64,000 nt of DNA from NCBI GenBank assembly GCA_025786725.1, contig JAHLTZ010000033.1:124001-188000 (forward strand), given 5' to 3'. Both the position numbers and the translations under genes were made by a program. The stretch's first letter is position 1. Each line of letters opens with the position of its first letter. The notes under the pieces are model-generated. The model had not been told where the DNA came from, searched no databases, and was given only the letters and a program-made list of their open reading frames with translations. This DNA comes from Syncephalis fuscata S228. Taxonomy: Eukaryota; Fungi; Zoopagomycota. This document shows positions 63,808 through 64,000 of the stretch, piece by piece.

Positions 63808-64000
63808 ATGAACATTACTGAAATAACTGATCTTCTTTCTGACTTGGTACTGGAGAAAGAGCTGAAGAGTATGGATTCCGCCACTAGTACGGCCATCAGA
63901 CTCGTATTGCAGACCGATAAAGACTGGGATTTGTCGCTCAAATGTGCGGAAGAATGGCACAAGGAAGATATTGACGAAACACAAGCTGCTCTTACTTTGG
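63808..64000 (+). CDS. Hypothetical protein N-terminus, runs off the window
   Basis: Open frame MNITEITDLLSDLVLEKELKSMDS..WDLSLKCAEEWHKEDIDETQAALTL to the edge. Confidence 0.4.
   Translation, partial: MNITEITDLLSDLVLEKELKSMDSATSTAIRLVLQTDKDWDLSLKCAEEWHKEDIDETQAALTL

Noticed and set aside
63771-63984. Minus-strand ORFs at the window end
   Set aside because: The plus-strand frame from ATG 63808 looks more protein-like; these are likely shadows

Overview
Eukaryotic (fungal) nuclear DNA with short AT-rich spliceosomal introns, mostly ~45-75 nt. Gene content suggests an early-diverging fungus, possibly Zoopagomycota (inference only). Housekeeping genes recognised by motif: cyclin K/CTK2-like cyclin (5'-truncated), IMPDH, TMA16, PNO1, tRNA-Thr(UGU), VPS74, ISA1, PMS1, histone H1, ITC1 and a dienelactone hydrolase. 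Also present are an F-box/LRR gene, a multi-TM-RGS receptor-like gene, a secreted Cys-rich protein and two paralogous histone-fold-like genes. Main points of interest: (1) a decayed TnpB/Fanzor C-terminal fragment (zinc finger plus RuvC-III) at ~14.6-14.9 kb; (2) a tandem array of three Gti1/Pac2 (WOPR) regulators with multi-kb upstream regions; (3) an snR54-type box C/D snoRNA inside the IMPDH intron; (4) a ~2-kb island of decayed genes whose stops sit at apparent Gln codons, a RIP-like pattern; (5) a dispersed fold-back/MITE-like repeat family; (6) four GCAAGT (GC-AG) introns. Three genes each lack one base, which most likely reflects assembly error. All exon structures and family calls were read by eye without searches.
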